Assembly (NCBI GenBank): GCA_963753345.1 | Contig: CAVWBU010000027.1 | Location: 192,001 to 256,000 of the forward strand | DNA: 64,000 nucleotides | Direction of reading: 5' to 3' | Source of the DNA: an uncultured Fibrobacterota bacterium | Lineage (GTDB): Bacteria; Fibrobacterota; Chitinivibrionia; Chitinivibrionales; FEN-1185 | Shown here: one piece after another, positions 50,407 through 59,971 of the stretch | Layout: each line of letters opens with the position of its first letter | How positions within the stretch are numbered: position 1 is the first letter of the stretch | Made by a program: the position numbers and the translations under genes | Notes under the pieces: model-generated | Database searches by the model: none | Told to the model about the DNA's origin: nothing | The model's input: the letters and a program-made list of their open reading frames with translations, nothing else

Positions 50407-51344
50407 TGCTTTCGTCAAGGGTTGCCGCAGGTCCTGCAAAACTGCCGCTGGTTGAATACCTGGCCGGCCGGTTCACCTATCTTACCAAAGAGGAATGGCG
50501 GGCCAGGATTCTTGATCAACGCGTTTTCGTCAACCAAAATCCGTCGGCGCCCGAGGCTGTTGTGGGCACGGGCGATCGGATCAGCTACATGCTGCAGGAA
50601 CTTTCCGAACCGGAAGCGGATACCAACTACGCGACGTTGTACGAGGACGATTGGATTGTTGCAATCAACAAACCGGGCAATCTTCTGGTTCACCGGGCCG
50701 GCGTATCGATTACCCGGAACCTGGTCTATCTGCTTCGTCATGCGTCGGGGAATCCAGCCTATTCATCAATCCACTCGGTGAGCAGGCTCGATCGCGAAAC
50801 GTCGGGACTCGTGCTGTTCGCAAAGAGCGCAGACTCTCTGCGGACTCTGCACAGGGCCTTTGCGGCGAAAGCCGTTGAAAAGGAATATGTCGCGGTGGTC
50901 CACAACGCACCGGCCGAACAAATCATGTCGGTGAATCTGCCGATCGGTCCCGCCGTGGCTTCGGCCGTGCACTACAAGTTCGCCGTGGATTCGGCGCACG
51001 GGAAGGCCGCGAGCACCGTTATCGAGAAGGTGAGCTGCGCCGGCAATTTTTCCCTGGTGCGTGCAAGACCGCTCACCGGAAGGACACATCAGATCCGGAT
51101 CCACCTTGCCGCCATCGGCAACCCCGTGGTCGGCGACAAGCTGTACGGCATGCCGGAATCGGATTACCTGGCATGGCGCAGCAACCCGAAGGGGCATGTG
51201 CATCTGCTCGAGTTTCCGCGTCAGGCGCTTCATTGCCGCAGGCTTGTCTTTGCGCATCCGGCAACGGGGAAGACGCTGTCGCTTGAGGCGCCGCTGCCCG
51301 AAGACATGCTCGGGCTCATCAGGAGACTTGGATTGACTTTATAG
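50403..51344 (+). CDS. RluA/RluD-family pseudouridine synthase
   Basis: NKPG.L.VH, RLDRETSG, TGRTHQIR.H, GD.LYG, RQALH. Confidence 0.94.
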   Translation: MMLSSRVAAGPAKLPLVEYLAGRFTYLTKEEWRARILDQRVFVNQNPSAPEAVVGTGDRISYMLQELSEPEADTNYATLYEDDWIVAINKPGNLLVHRAGVSITRNLVYLLRHASGNPAYSSIHSVSRLDRETSGLVLFAKSADSLRTLHRAFAAKAVEKEYVAVVHNAPAEQIMSVNLPIGPAVASAVHYKFAVDSAHGKAASTVIEKVSCAGNFSLVRARPLTGRTHQIRIHLAAIGNPVVGDKLYGMPESDYLAWRSNPKGHVHLLEFPRQALHCRRLVFAHPATGKTLSLEAPLPEDMLGLIRRLGLTL

Positions 51345-52077
51345 AAGTTTGAGGCCGAGGCTGTTCCAAAGCCTGTCCTTCCTTTTCGCTCGCGCCATAG
51401 GGCGGGACCCGCGTGTTAAACATCACCACCATTTCGCCCCGCGGAGGTTTTTGTGCAAAATGCGCAAGCAGGGACGCCGGGGTGCCGCGAAGAAATTCCT
51501 CGTGGATTTTGGTGATCTCCCGCGCGATCACCACCGACACGGCGCCCAGGATTTCCTTCATGTCCTCAAGCACCTTAACAATGCGGAACGGCGCTTCATA
51601 GAAAACAACCGTCCGCGGCTCGCTGCGCATCCCCTCGAAGAAGCGCCGGCGCCTGCCGCTTTTCACGGGGAGAAAGTTTTCAAAAATAAACCTGTCGGTG
51701 GGAAGGCCGCCGCACGCCAGCGCCGCGATGGCCGCGCACGCTCCCGGTACCGGAACAACCGGTATGCCTTCCCGTACGGCCGCGCGCACAAGATAGAACG
51801 CCTCGTCCGCAACACCCGGCGTTCCCGCATCGCAGATGATTGCAACGTCCTGTCCCTCCTTGAGCATGGCAATGATGCGCGGCGTGAGCTTTTCCTTGTT
51901 GAAATCATGGAACGCCAGCACCTGCGGCGCAGCGCCGATATGGTCGAGAAGCACCCGCGATCTCCGCGTGTCTTCGGCAAGAACCACACCCGCGGCGGCA
52001 AGAATTTTCTTCGCCCTGACCGTGATATCGTCAAGGTTTCCGATGGGAGTGGAAACAACGTGAAGGGCGGCCATCAT
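51319..52077 (-). CDS. rsmI: 16S rRNA C1402 2'-O-methyltransferase
   Basis: TPIGNL.DIT.RA, AEDTR, DAGTP, RE.TK.HEE. Confidence 0.95.
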   Translation of the reverse strand: MMAALHVVSTPIGNLDDITVRAKKILAAAGVVLAEDTRRSRVLLDHIGAAPQVLAFHDFNKEKLTPRIIAMLKEGQDVAIICDAGTPGVADEAFYLVRAAVREGIPVVPVPGACAAIAALACGGLPTDRFIFENFLPVKSGRRRRFFEGMRSEPRTVVFYEAPFRIVKVLEDMKEILGAVSVVIAREITKIHEEFLRGTPASLLAHFAQKPPRGEMVVMFNTRVPPYGASEKEGQALEQPRPQTSIKSIQVS

Positions 52078-52090
52078 TATCCTTCCGGTT

Positions 52091-52516
52091 TCACGATGCG
52101 GGCGGTGACTGAGTTTCCCTCTGAAATTGCTCAATGATGAGGCATGCGGCAATCCGGTCGATATTCTCTTTTTTCCTGCGCGACTTCCGCTTCCGGTAAA
52201 GCAGGATATCATTGGCCCGCATCGACGTGAAGCTCTCGTCGACAAAATGGACCGGCTCCGGGGTTTTCTGCGCAAGCTGCAAGGCAAATGCGCGGATTTC
52301 CAGGGACATTTTCGTGTCGCCTCCGTCGGCGTCGAGCGGAAGCCCAACCACGATTTGTGAAGCGCGCTCCTCCTTGACAATAGTCACAAGCGCATCCAGA
52401 TAATTGGGGCGTGTCTTTCTGTCAATGGTGGGAAGGCTTCGAATGAACTCACCGTTTTCGTCGGTCGTGGCGATGCCGATCCTGCGGCGCCCGTAATCAA
52501 TGCCGATGAGCTTCAT
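52091..52516 (-). CDS. ruvX: RuvX/YqgF pre-16S rRNA nuclease
   Basis: GIDYG.RRIGIA, VGLP, VDE.FTS, D.IAA. Confidence 0.94.
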   Translation of the reverse strand: MKLIGIDYGRRRIGIATTDENGEFIRSLPTIDRKTRPNYLDALVTIVKEERASQIVVGLPLDADGGDTKMSLEIRAFALQLAQKTPEPVHFVDESFTSMRANDILLYRKRKSRRKKENIDRIAACLIIEQFQRETQSPPAS

Positions 52517-54314
52517 CAACGGTTTTGGTCCATTCCATGAGGATTTCAAGCGTCGACAGGTCGACGTTTTTCGTCTGGCTCGTCTTATCGAGAACGAAAT
52601 GAAAATGTCCCTTCTTGAGATTGAGCATTTCGAACACGGCCTCGCGGCCCTGCTGCGTCTGCGTCGCAGCATAGGAGAGGCGCCCCTGCTCAAAGTAGAT
52701 GAGGCCGAACGGCCTGTCGATCACCACGTACAGGCACCCCGTTTTTCTCCCGATCTCTATGAACTGCATTACCTCGATCAGGCTCCCTTGCCCGATTTCG
52801 CCGCCGAGGGCGGACGTCTCCACGCTCTTGCGAATCGCTTTTGTTCCGCTCTTTGACAAAATGATCGGGGTGACAAGCTTGAAAATATCCCTGTCGGAAA
52901 AGGCAAGGCCCAGAAAATGGGCGTTGGAAAAGGCGTCCGGTTTTCTCATCACCTCGGCGTCCGGAACGTTGTAGAAAATCACCAGGGTGTCCGTCGCGGA
53001 GCGTAGGCCCGTAAATATCGACTCCAGAAGGGGCAGCGCCCTGTTGTCGAGCTGCCAGTCCACCACGATGACGTCCGGTTCGTAATGCCCAAGCAGGTTC
53101 GCCGCGTGCTCGAACGACGACGTGCTTTGAATGTCAAACCCGATTTCCGAAAAGCACTTTGACATCGTGGTCGTGGCGTCGCTCAGCGAATACTGCATCT
53201 GCTTTTCCGATTTCGCAATGATCAGAAGGTCCTTCTTGACCGCGACCTTGCGCGCGGACTTGTTCCTCAGCGAAATGACGACCAGCACGATCACCAGCAC
53301 CAAGAGAATGACCGCCACGCCTCCCACCGAAGCGTACAGCACAATCCGGTGGATGTTCGTCACGGATGTAGGCGCGTCGACGATTCGTCCGTACCGGCGG
53401 TCGATCCAACCCGGGCTGTTTCCAAACTGAATCTTGCACCAGGAGGTTCCCGTGTACAGCAGCGGGTAACACTCGCTGTTGCGTGCGATGCCGAGAATAG
53501 GGGACTCCGGGCTCACCGAGGCCAGCACCTTTGCGGGGCTTTCGGTGATCTCAAAGTATTTTTGCTGCGCCTGCTGCTTCTGTTCTCCGGGCTGCGGCTG
53601 CGCGCCTGCTTTTTCCGCTGAAGATTTGGACGGTGATGCAGGCTTGCCGGAAACGCTCGCTGTCTCCGGCGGATACGCCGAGAGTTCTTTCGTCCCGGTA
53701 ATGGGCATCACGGAGGCTGGAGGAAGATCCACCGTCACATTTTGCTGCTTCCTCTGTTTGTGAGCGACTTTCTTCTGCGCCTGTTCACCGAAAGGTTCCT
53801 GTTTCTCTTCGTAACGCTGGGCGGCCGGCTCTGCTGAAGGTTGCGGCTTGACAATTGCCGGTACCGGATTCTGCTGGACTGCCTGGGGTTTCTGCGGCGT
53901 CGCGCCGGGAGCCTGTTGCGCTGCCAAGGGAGCTGCCGACGCCGGTGCCTGCTGGGATTGGATAGGCGGAGGCGCCGTGAAGGGGGCCTGTTTCGAAGGA
54001 ACTGAAGGTTGCGTCGGCTTTGCCTGCCGTGGCGGCGGGGGAGAACCGGCTGTCTCGGCAGGCTCGACGTTGGCCTGGAATATCCAGCCTATGCTGCCGT
54101 TGAATTCTACGTTGTACCACTCGCCGTTTTTTGAAAGGACTTTGAGATGGTCGCCTTTCCTGGCTATGCCCAGGGTTTTTGCGTCGCCATAGGGCATGAG
54201 AAGGACCCGAGCGACGTCCTTGCTTACCGTCACGGAACCGTTGTCAGCTCCATAGACCGAAAGAGCAAGGAATAAAAAGAGCGCGACTGCGCAGAAAAAG
54301 CGGGCATGCTTCAT
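52497..54314 (-). CDS. SH3 - Pro/Gln-rich linker - SH3 - TM - receiver-like - DUF4388 protein
   Basis: Signal peptide; two WY/C.V...GWI SH3b motifs; one TM helix; PDVIVVD; C-terminal L.EVMQFI..GRKTGCL....G.IYFEQG...G.F.F. Confidence 0.75.
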   Translation of the reverse strand: MKHARFFCAVALFLFLALSVYGADNGSVTVSKDVARVLLMPYGDAKTLGIARKGDHLKVLSKNGEWYNVEFNGSIGWIFQANVEPAETAGSPPPPRQAKPTQPSVPSKQAPFTAPPPIQSQQAPASAAPLAAQQAPGATPQKPQAVQQNPVPAIVKPQPSAEPAAQRYEEKQEPFGEQAQKKVAHKQRKQQNVTVDLPPASVMPITGTKELSAYPPETASVSGKPASPSKSSAEKAGAQPQPGEQKQQAQQKYFEITESPAKVLASVSPESPILGIARNSECYPLLYTGTSWCKIQFGNSPGWIDRRYGRIVDAPTSVTNIHRIVLYASVGGVAVILLVLVIVLVVISLRNKSARKVAVKKDLLIIAKSEKQMQYSLSDATTTMSKCFSEIGFDIQSTSSFEHAANLLGHYEPDVIVVDWQLDNRALPLLESIFTGLRSATDTLVIFYNVPDAEVMRKPDAFSNAHFLGLAFSDRDIFKLVTPIILSKSGTKAIRKSVETSALGGEIGQGSLIEVMQFIEIGRKTGCLYVVIDRPFGLIYFEQGRLSYAATQTQQGREAVFEMLNLKKGHFHFVLDKTSQTKNVDLSTLEILMEWTKTVDEAHRH

Positions 54315-54323
54315 GGCGCGCGG

Positions 54324-54689
54324 TCATACTTCAACGGCTTTTTGTTTGTAAATGTACATCGACACTCCGACAAGCGTGCCCAGCAGCAGAATAACGAAAA
54401 CAAAGAACGTTCCAATCGGCAGATATTGCGGGTTGTTCACGACAACGCCCGCCTTCTCCTCGAGCCAGCCGACCTTGTCCTTTATCTTGATCTGATACCA
54501 TGCCTTTCCTTCGTAGACAAGCTCGAAATGGTCGCCCTTTTTCGCCACGACGATAACGTTTGATTTGGGATCAAGAAATTCATACACGTTGACAAAAGGA
54601 TTCTTTATTTCCACGTATTTCGTTGCGGCGTGGGAAACGGAAACCAGAAGGAAAAGAAAACTCAGAAGAGAAACTGTCAGCTGCTTCAT
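54324..54689 (-). CDS. Small exported SH3-like protein with C-terminal membrane anchor
   Basis: Signal peptide, KGD.F....WYQI....VGWL, TM helix followed by a basic tail. Confidence 0.72.
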   Translation of the reverse strand: MKQLTVSLLSFLFLLVSVSHAATKYVEIKNPFVNVYEFLDPKSNVIVVAKKGDHFELVYEGKAWYQIKIKDKVGWLEEKAGVVVNNPQYLPIGTFFVFVILLLGTLVGVSMYIYKQKAVEV

Positions 54690-54694
54690 GAAGG

Positions 54695-55762
54695 TTACCT
54701 CCTCTTTAGGATGGTTGATTGAACCGAATTGTTCAAATCTGCAAAGAAACGTTCTTGCGACGATTGGTCGGCAAAGGACAAACCTATTTTAAGATACCAA
54801 ATATCCCGGCGATTTACAAGCTTTATGGTATTCAATCTGAAGGCATCTTTTTCCGTCGTGATGATGCCGTCAAAGCCGCTCCCGCGCAATCGTTCGACCT
54901 CGTCTTTGGTGAAGGCGTGATGGTCGTCGAAGAATCGGGAAGCGCGGGCGCTTACTCCCATTGCCGCGAGCATGCTGGTGAACCGCTCCGGGCGCGCAAT
55001 CCCGGATAACAGCAGGGGGCTTGTGAGATTGAGTTGCGGGACGGTTTCACCGGTTTCAAGATTGCGCCATTCGGCCGGAACCTGATAGAGGATAACCGTG
55101 GGCTTGCCTGGAAAAATGGAAGAAAGCCGTTCAAGCGTGCGGGCGCATTCATCCGCTTCCTGGCGGGTTCCGATAACGCAAAGGCAATCAGCGCGTTTGC
55201 ACGCTGCAAGCGGCTCGCGAAGCGTGCCTGCCGGCAGCAGCTTGTCGGCAAACGGCGCGGGTGGAAGACAGACAATGTCGAAGGCCCTTTTCACCTGCCG
55301 GTGCTGAAAACCGTCATCGAGCACGAATACGGTATCGGGCGGAACTTCTTCGCAGAGTCGTCGCGCGCTTTCGCGCCTGTCAGGAGAAATTCCAAGCCAC
55401 GACTGCGGCAGCGCATGGTGCAGCAGTGCCGGTTCGTCTCCCACAAACTCCCAGGAAACTTCCGCGCCTGGTTTAGAAATGACCATACGGCTATCCGACC
55501 TTCCGTAGCCCCGGCTCAAAAAGGCAACACAACGCCCCTTCCCGGCGAAATGCCTGCCCACCAGCAGCGACACAGGCGTCTTGCCCGTGCCTCCTGCATG
55601 AATCGCGCCCACGCTTACGACAGGGCGACCGATCTCATGGGAGAGCGCCGGCACGTTGTCGTAGAGGAAGTTTCGCAGCGACACACCGCTTGTGAAGATT
55701 GACGACAGGATTAGTGGAACCATTCCGTCGCCAAGAGGTTGTCGGGGAATTGTGAGTGACAT
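54695..55762 (-). CDS. lpxK: Tetraacyldisaccharide 4'-kinase
   Basis: GGTGKTP, LSRGYG, GDEP, LDDGFQH, LPAG.LRE, TTEKD; start uncertain. Confidence 0.94.
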   Translation of the reverse strand: MSLTIPRQPLGDGMVPLILSSIFTSGVSLRNFLYDNVPALSHEIGRPVVSVGAIHAGGTGKTPVSLLVGRHFAGKGRCVAFLSRGYGRSDSRMVISKPGAEVSWEFVGDEPALLHHALPQSWLGISPDRRESARRLCEEVPPDTVFVLDDGFQHRQVKRAFDIVCLPPAPFADKLLPAGTLREPLAACKRADCLCVIGTRQEADECARTLERLSSIFPGKPTVILYQVPAEWRNLETGETVPQLNLTSPLLLSGIARPERFTSMLAAMGVSARASRFFDDHHAFTKDEVERLRGSGFDGIITTEKDAFRLNTIKLVNRRDIWYLKIGLSFADQSSQERFFADLNNSVQSTILKRR

Positions 55763-55875
55763 ATTCGTTTGGCGCTGTGCAGATGAAAATGTGATCGGCG
55801 TGCAATCATTAAACAATACAAAAATATGTGATGAACAGGTCGGCAGGTCTGTGGACCGCGGAGTGTTTACCCTGT

Positions 55876-56781
55876 TCAGGCTTTGGCCATCACAATTCGC
55901 GTCCTGCCTGCAAGATCAGGGAAAGTCCTGATACTATTCCACCCATGACCGGCCAGGAGCCTGGAAACTTTTTCTTCCTGCGATGCTCCTATCTCGCAAT
56001 AGAACCTGCCTCCGGGAATAAGAACGTTTTTCGCTTGGGTCGCGAGCAATTCGTAAAAATCAAGTCCGTCCTCACCGCCCGCCAGGGCGACAAGGGGCTC
56101 AAAAAGCCTCACGCTTTCATCAAGTTTTTGCATTTCATCGTCGGAAACATACGGAGGATTGCTCACGACAAAATCAAATTTGTGCCTTGATTTGTCATCA
56201 TTACTTGATGTGCCGCCGACCATAGAGCGGGGAGATGCGGTGGTGCTTACCGCACTCAGGTTCTTGACAGCCGAAAACATATCGCAGCACAACATATTCA
56301 CTCGTGCCTTGGGGCAATTATTTCTCGCAATGCGCAATGCCGCTAGGGAACAGTCTGTCGCGATTCCATGCCATTGCGGCCTGCGACTGACAAGTGCCGC
56401 ACTTATTGCCCCGCTGCCCGTGCATAAATCGATAAACCGACATGGTTGTGAATGCTCATGTGCGAGTATTGTTTCGACCAGTATTTCTGTCTCGGCACGC
56501 GGAATCAGGACATCGGGCGTAACCACAAGATCAACTGAATGAAAATGTGTAACACCGAGCACATAGGGGAGCGGTTCGCCGGTGAGCCGTTGCCTGATTA
56601 AATTCTCTATGGAGGCATTTTCCCGTTCGCTCGTTTTTCTTGCCGAAAGGTACAGTTCGCTCCTGGTGCATTGCAGGACATGCTGAAGTATCTCTTCCGC
56701 TTCCGGCAAGGAAGTGTCACCGGCAACAGGTGCAAGCTTGTCCCTTGCGGAACGGAGCAGTGTGAGAAGGTCTGCGGCCAT
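55876..56781 (-). CDS. prmC: Release factor glutamine methyltransferase
   Basis: LIPR.ETE, DLCTGSG, VSNPPY, EP..AL.GG.DGL. Confidence 0.96.
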   Translation of the reverse strand: MAADLLTLLRSARDKLAPVAGDTSLPEAEEILQHVLQCTRSELYLSARKTSERENASIENLIRQRLTGEPLPYVLGVTHFHSVDLVVTPDVLIPRAETEILVETILAHEHSQPCRFIDLCTGSGAISAALVSRRPQWHGIATDCSLAALRIARNNCPKARVNMLCCDMFSAVKNLSAVSTTASPRSMVGGTSSNDDKSRHKFDFVVSNPPYVSDDEMQKLDESVRLFEPLVALAGGEDGLDFYELLATQAKNVLIPGGRFYCEIGASQEEKVSRLLAGHGWNSIRTFPDLAGRTRIVMAKA

Positions 56782-56841
56782 TATGTGACAGTGGGTGAGG
56801 CAGGAAACAGTTACGACGTTCCCGATAGTCGAATCCGTTCG

Positions 56842-57885
56842 TCAAGGTCCGCTGCAGCCGAGCGCGTCGACGACCTCCTGCAGGTCGCCGTTCATGACTG
56901 CGTCAAGTTTGTAGAGCGTCAAGTTGATTCTGTGATCGCTCAGGCGGTTCTGCGGGAAGTTATAGGTTCGGATTTTTTCGCTCCTGTCGCCGGAGCCGAC
57001 CATGCTCTTGCGGTTCGCGGATTCCGCGGCCTGTTTTTGAGACGTACGCAAATCAAACAGCCGTGAGGACAGGATCTTCATGGCACGTGCCTTGTTCTTG
57101 TGCTGCGACTTTTCATCCTGGCATATTACGGTAAGGCCCGTCGGAAGGTGCACGATTCTCACCGCGGATTCCGTCTTGTTCACGTGCTGGCCGCCCTTGC
57201 CGCCGGCCCGGAAAACGTCAATCCGGATTTCAGACGGGTCGATATTCACTTCGACGTCGTCCGCCTCGGGGAAAACCGCCACCGAAGCGGCTGAGGTGTG
57301 AATGCGCCCCTGCGCTTCGGTCTGCGGCACGCGCTGAACACGGTGAACGCCGGATTCATACTTGAAAGCGCCGTATGCTTCCTCGCCTTTGACAAGAAAA
57401 ATAATCTCCTTGACTGCGCCGATATCGCCGTAGCTGGAGCTGAAGACTTCAATGGCCCACCCTTTATTTTCAATATAATGAGTGTACATTCTGTAAAGAT
57501 CGGCTGCAAAAATCCCCGCCTCGATTCCCCCCGTGCCGGCCCGGATCTCCACAAGCGCATTCTTGAAATCGTTTGGGTCTTTGGGCACGAGGTAGTACTT
57601 GATTTTCTGCTCGATTTTCGGAATGTCCATTCCGATCCGTTCGTTTTCTTCCTTCGCGAGCTGCCGCAACTCGGGGTCGGTCTCGGTTGCGAGCAATTCA
57701 ATGTTCGCGGCAATGGCCTCCACCAAGGCAAGATACCTCTGGTATTCCGGCATGTTCCGCTTAAGAACATTGTATTCCCTGCCCAGTTTTTCGAGCAGGC
57801 CAGGATTGGACGAAACGGCAGCGGAGGCGAGTTCCTCTTCGAGCGCTTTCTGGCGTGAGATAAGCTCCCGGATTCTTTCGATCAT
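56842..57885 (-). CDS. prfA: Peptide chain release factor 1; C-terminus apparently frameshifted, true stop probably at 56811
   Basis: [22 protein letters not shown] (PxT), GGQ, RTYNFPQ. Confidence 0.97.
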   Translation of the reverse strand: MIERIRELISRQKALEEELASAAVSSNPGLLEKLGREYNVLKRNMPEYQRYLALVEAIAANIELLATETDPELRQLAKEENERIGMDIPKIEQKIKYYLVPKDPNDFKNALVEIRAGTGGIEAGIFAADLYRMYTHYIENKGWAIEVFSSSYGDIGAVKEIIFLVKGEEAYGAFKYESGVHRVQRVPQTEAQGRIHTSAASVAVFPEADDVEVNIDPSEIRIDVFRAGGKGGQHVNKTESAVRIVHLPTGLTVICQDEKSQHKNKARAMKILSSRLFDLRTSQKQAAESANRKSMVGSGDRSEKIRTYNFPQNRLSDHRINLTLYKLDAVMNGDLQEVVDALGCSGP

Positions 57886-58781
57886 AGGGATGCCTTGAGC
57901 GCGGCGGAAGCAACACCGAGCTGTTCGTCGCTCGGCTGTCTGGTGGTGATCTTCTGAAGCCACAGCCCCGGCATGATAAGCAACTTTACAGGCAAGAAAT
58001 GCTGGAACCGGTCGGAGAATCTGAGGACTTCGTAGGAGGACCCTGCCACAAGGGGCAGAAGCGCCAGGTGAACGCAGAGCCGTGCAAGCACATTTGGGTA
58101 GGGGCCTGCGAACGATACGACAATGGTGTCGATAACGGAAAAGAGAACAATGCAAATCATCGCGACAAGAAGCAGAAAACTGGTGCCGCAACGCGGATGC
58201 AATGTGGAATAACCGCGCATGTTTTCCAATGTCAATTCCTTGCCGTCCTCGAAGGCGAAGATTGCCTTGTGCTCGGCCCCGTGATATTCGAAAACTCGTC
58301 GGATGTCCTTCCAGAGGCTGATAGCAGCCAGATAGGCGAGAAACAGGGCTATGCGAATGGCGCCGGCGGCACCATTGAACGCCAGGGACGAATCTTTGAA
58401 GAATGCCTGCGAAATGAGCATCGGAAGATACATGAACAGACCAAGACAGACAACGAGGGCGATAAAAAGACTTGCAAGGAATGCACCCCGGTCAGAAGGT
58501 TCGATTTTCTGTCCGCTTTCGCGGCGTTCGCCGGAAGCGATTTGGGCCGAACGTGCGAGCGCTGCGTATCCGATTTTTAAAGATTCGTAGACACTTATTG
58601 CACCCCTCACGATGGGCACTGCGAGGAAGCGATGTCTCTTGAGAAGCGAAATAAAAGGCAGCCGCTCGATTATTGTTTCGCCGCTGGGATTTTTAACGGC
58701 CCATGAGATACGATGCTTACTTCGAATCATTACGCCTTCAATAACGGCCTGACCGCCGACCCTGGTTTTCTTTGCGACCAT
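57882..58781 (-). CDS. DUF1385 membrane protein
   Basis: [35 protein letters not shown]; usual position between rpmE and prfA. Confidence 0.92.
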   Translation of the reverse strand: MVAKKTRVGGQAVIEGVMIRSKHRISWAVKNPSGETIIERLPFISLLKRHRFLAVPIVRGAISVYESLKIGYAALARSAQIASGERRESGQKIEPSDRGAFLASLFIALVVCLGLFMYLPMLISQAFFKDSSLAFNGAAGAIRIALFLAYLAAISLWKDIRRVFEYHGAEHKAIFAFEDGKELTLENMRGYSTLHPRCGTSFLLLVAMICIVLFSVIDTIVVSFAGPYPNVLARLCVHLALLPLVAGSSYEVLRFSDRFQHFLPVKLLIMPGLWLQKITTRQPSDEQLGVASAALKASL

Positions 58782-58857
58782 TGAGGCAAGTAAATGGGGA
58801 AGAAGAGCGGTTGCGAAAAGAAAAGGATTTCTTTTCATCGTTAACAGCCTTTGCGGT

Positions 58858-58900
58858 AAAAAGAAACGGGCAGGAAAGGAAAATGCCTTTCTGCCCGTTT
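58858..58900 (-). terminator. Intrinsic terminator after rpmE
   Basis: AAACGGGCAG(AAAGG) stem with one bulge, followed by a T tract on the minus strand. Confidence 0.8.
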
Positions 58901-58917
58901 GTACACCATGCGAGGAA

Positions 58918-59130
58918 CTACGATTCCTTTTTTACTCCAGCATACCTTTTCTGGAACCGTTCAACACGTCCGGCACTGTCGATAAGCTTCTGTTTGCCGG
59001 TGTAGAATGGATGACACTTATTGCAAATGTCGATGTGCGTGCTCTTAATGGTAGATCTTGTTTCAATTATGTTTCCACATGAGCAGGTGAACGTTGCAGG
59101 CTCGTACTTTGGATGGATTTTTTCCTTCAC
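58918..59130 (-). CDS. rpmE: 50S ribosomal protein L31 (Zn-binding type)
   Basis: [24 protein letters not shown] start with GGAGG. Confidence 0.97.
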   Translation of the reverse strand: MKEKIHPKYEPATFTCSCGNIIETRSTIKSTHIDICNKCHPFYTGKQKLIDSAGRVERFQKRYAGVKKES

Positions 59131-59173
59131 GTGATTCCTCCGAAACAAGGTTCGACTATGCTATTTTGACAAT

Positions 59174-59203
59174 AAAATAGTTCAGGGACTGGGAAGCTGT
59201 CAA
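59174..59203 (-). promoter_or_regulatory. Putative rpmE promoter
   Basis: TTGACA-N18-TATTTT on the minus strand. Confidence 0.65.
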
Positions 59204-59307
59204 ATAGAGTATTCCGTTCAACACAGTTTCATGGCGAGTGGGGGAAAAGAGGTTGTGATTTTCGAAATCGTGAACGTTGAAAATGAAGTTCAAATCCTAG
59301 ATGGCAT

Positions 59308-59335
59308 AGTTTACATAATATATATTATGCGTCAT
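59308..59335 (-). other. dif: dif site (XerC/XerD chromosome dimer resolution)
   Basis: Minus strand reads ATGACGCATAA-TATATA-TTATGTAAACT (11-6-11); the spacer and XerD arm equal B. subtilis dif and CGCATAA matches the E. coli XerC arm; intergenic and AT-rich. Confidence 0.88.
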
Positions 59336-59381
59336 TAGTTATCATTTTACTTCCTCAGAGCTGTGCCACTCAACATCAACC

Positions 59382-59918
59382 TCAGTATTCAATTCCCCTT
59401 CTTGCGACAACGCCAGAGCTGTAATAGTGCCGAATTTCCTTCATTTCAGTAACCAAATCAGCCATTTTTATAATTGCGGGTGGAGCATTTCGTCCAGTCA
59501 AAACAATTTCAACTTCTTTGGGTTTACCCGCAAGGAGCATTTGCACCAATCTTATGTCTATAATTTTTAGTGAAATAGCACAGCATAACTCATCAAGAAT
59601 AACAAGATCATATTTTCCACTGAGAACAGCCTTTCTTGATGCGTCGAGTCCTTTTGCAGCAAATTCAATATCCTTGCGCGATGGACATTCTTTTACGAAG
59701 CGTCCTGACCCGAACTGTCGTACCGTGATGCATCTGCCTAACCTTGCAAGCGAGCGAAGCTCCGAACATTTGGCGGCCTTGAGAAACTGCGCCATAAAAA
59801 CCCTCAGACCTCCACCGGCAGCTCTTACTGCCAGACCAATGGCCGCAGTGGTCTTACCCTTTCCGTTGCCGGTATAAACGTGCACGAATCCCCTTTCCAG
59901 TCGCCGCTTCTTCCCCAT
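59382..59918 (-). CDS. cobO: Cob(I)yrinic acid a,c-diamide/corrinoid adenosyltransferase
   Basis: VHVYTGNGKGKTTAA.G, QFLK, ILDE, LTGR, ADLVTEM, GIEY. Confidence 0.95.
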   Translation of the reverse strand: MGKKRRLERGFVHVYTGNGKGKTTAAIGLAVRAAGGGLRVFMAQFLKAAKCSELRSLARLGRCITVRQFGSGRFVKECPSRKDIEFAAKGLDASRKAVLSGKYDLVILDELCCAISLKIIDIRLVQMLLAGKPKEVEIVLTGRNAPPAIIKMADLVTEMKEIRHYYSSGVVARRGIEY

Positions 59919-59971
59919 TTATTTCCCCATTGTTAATGCAAGTCTTCCGACCGCCCGCGCCATGCCCCAGA

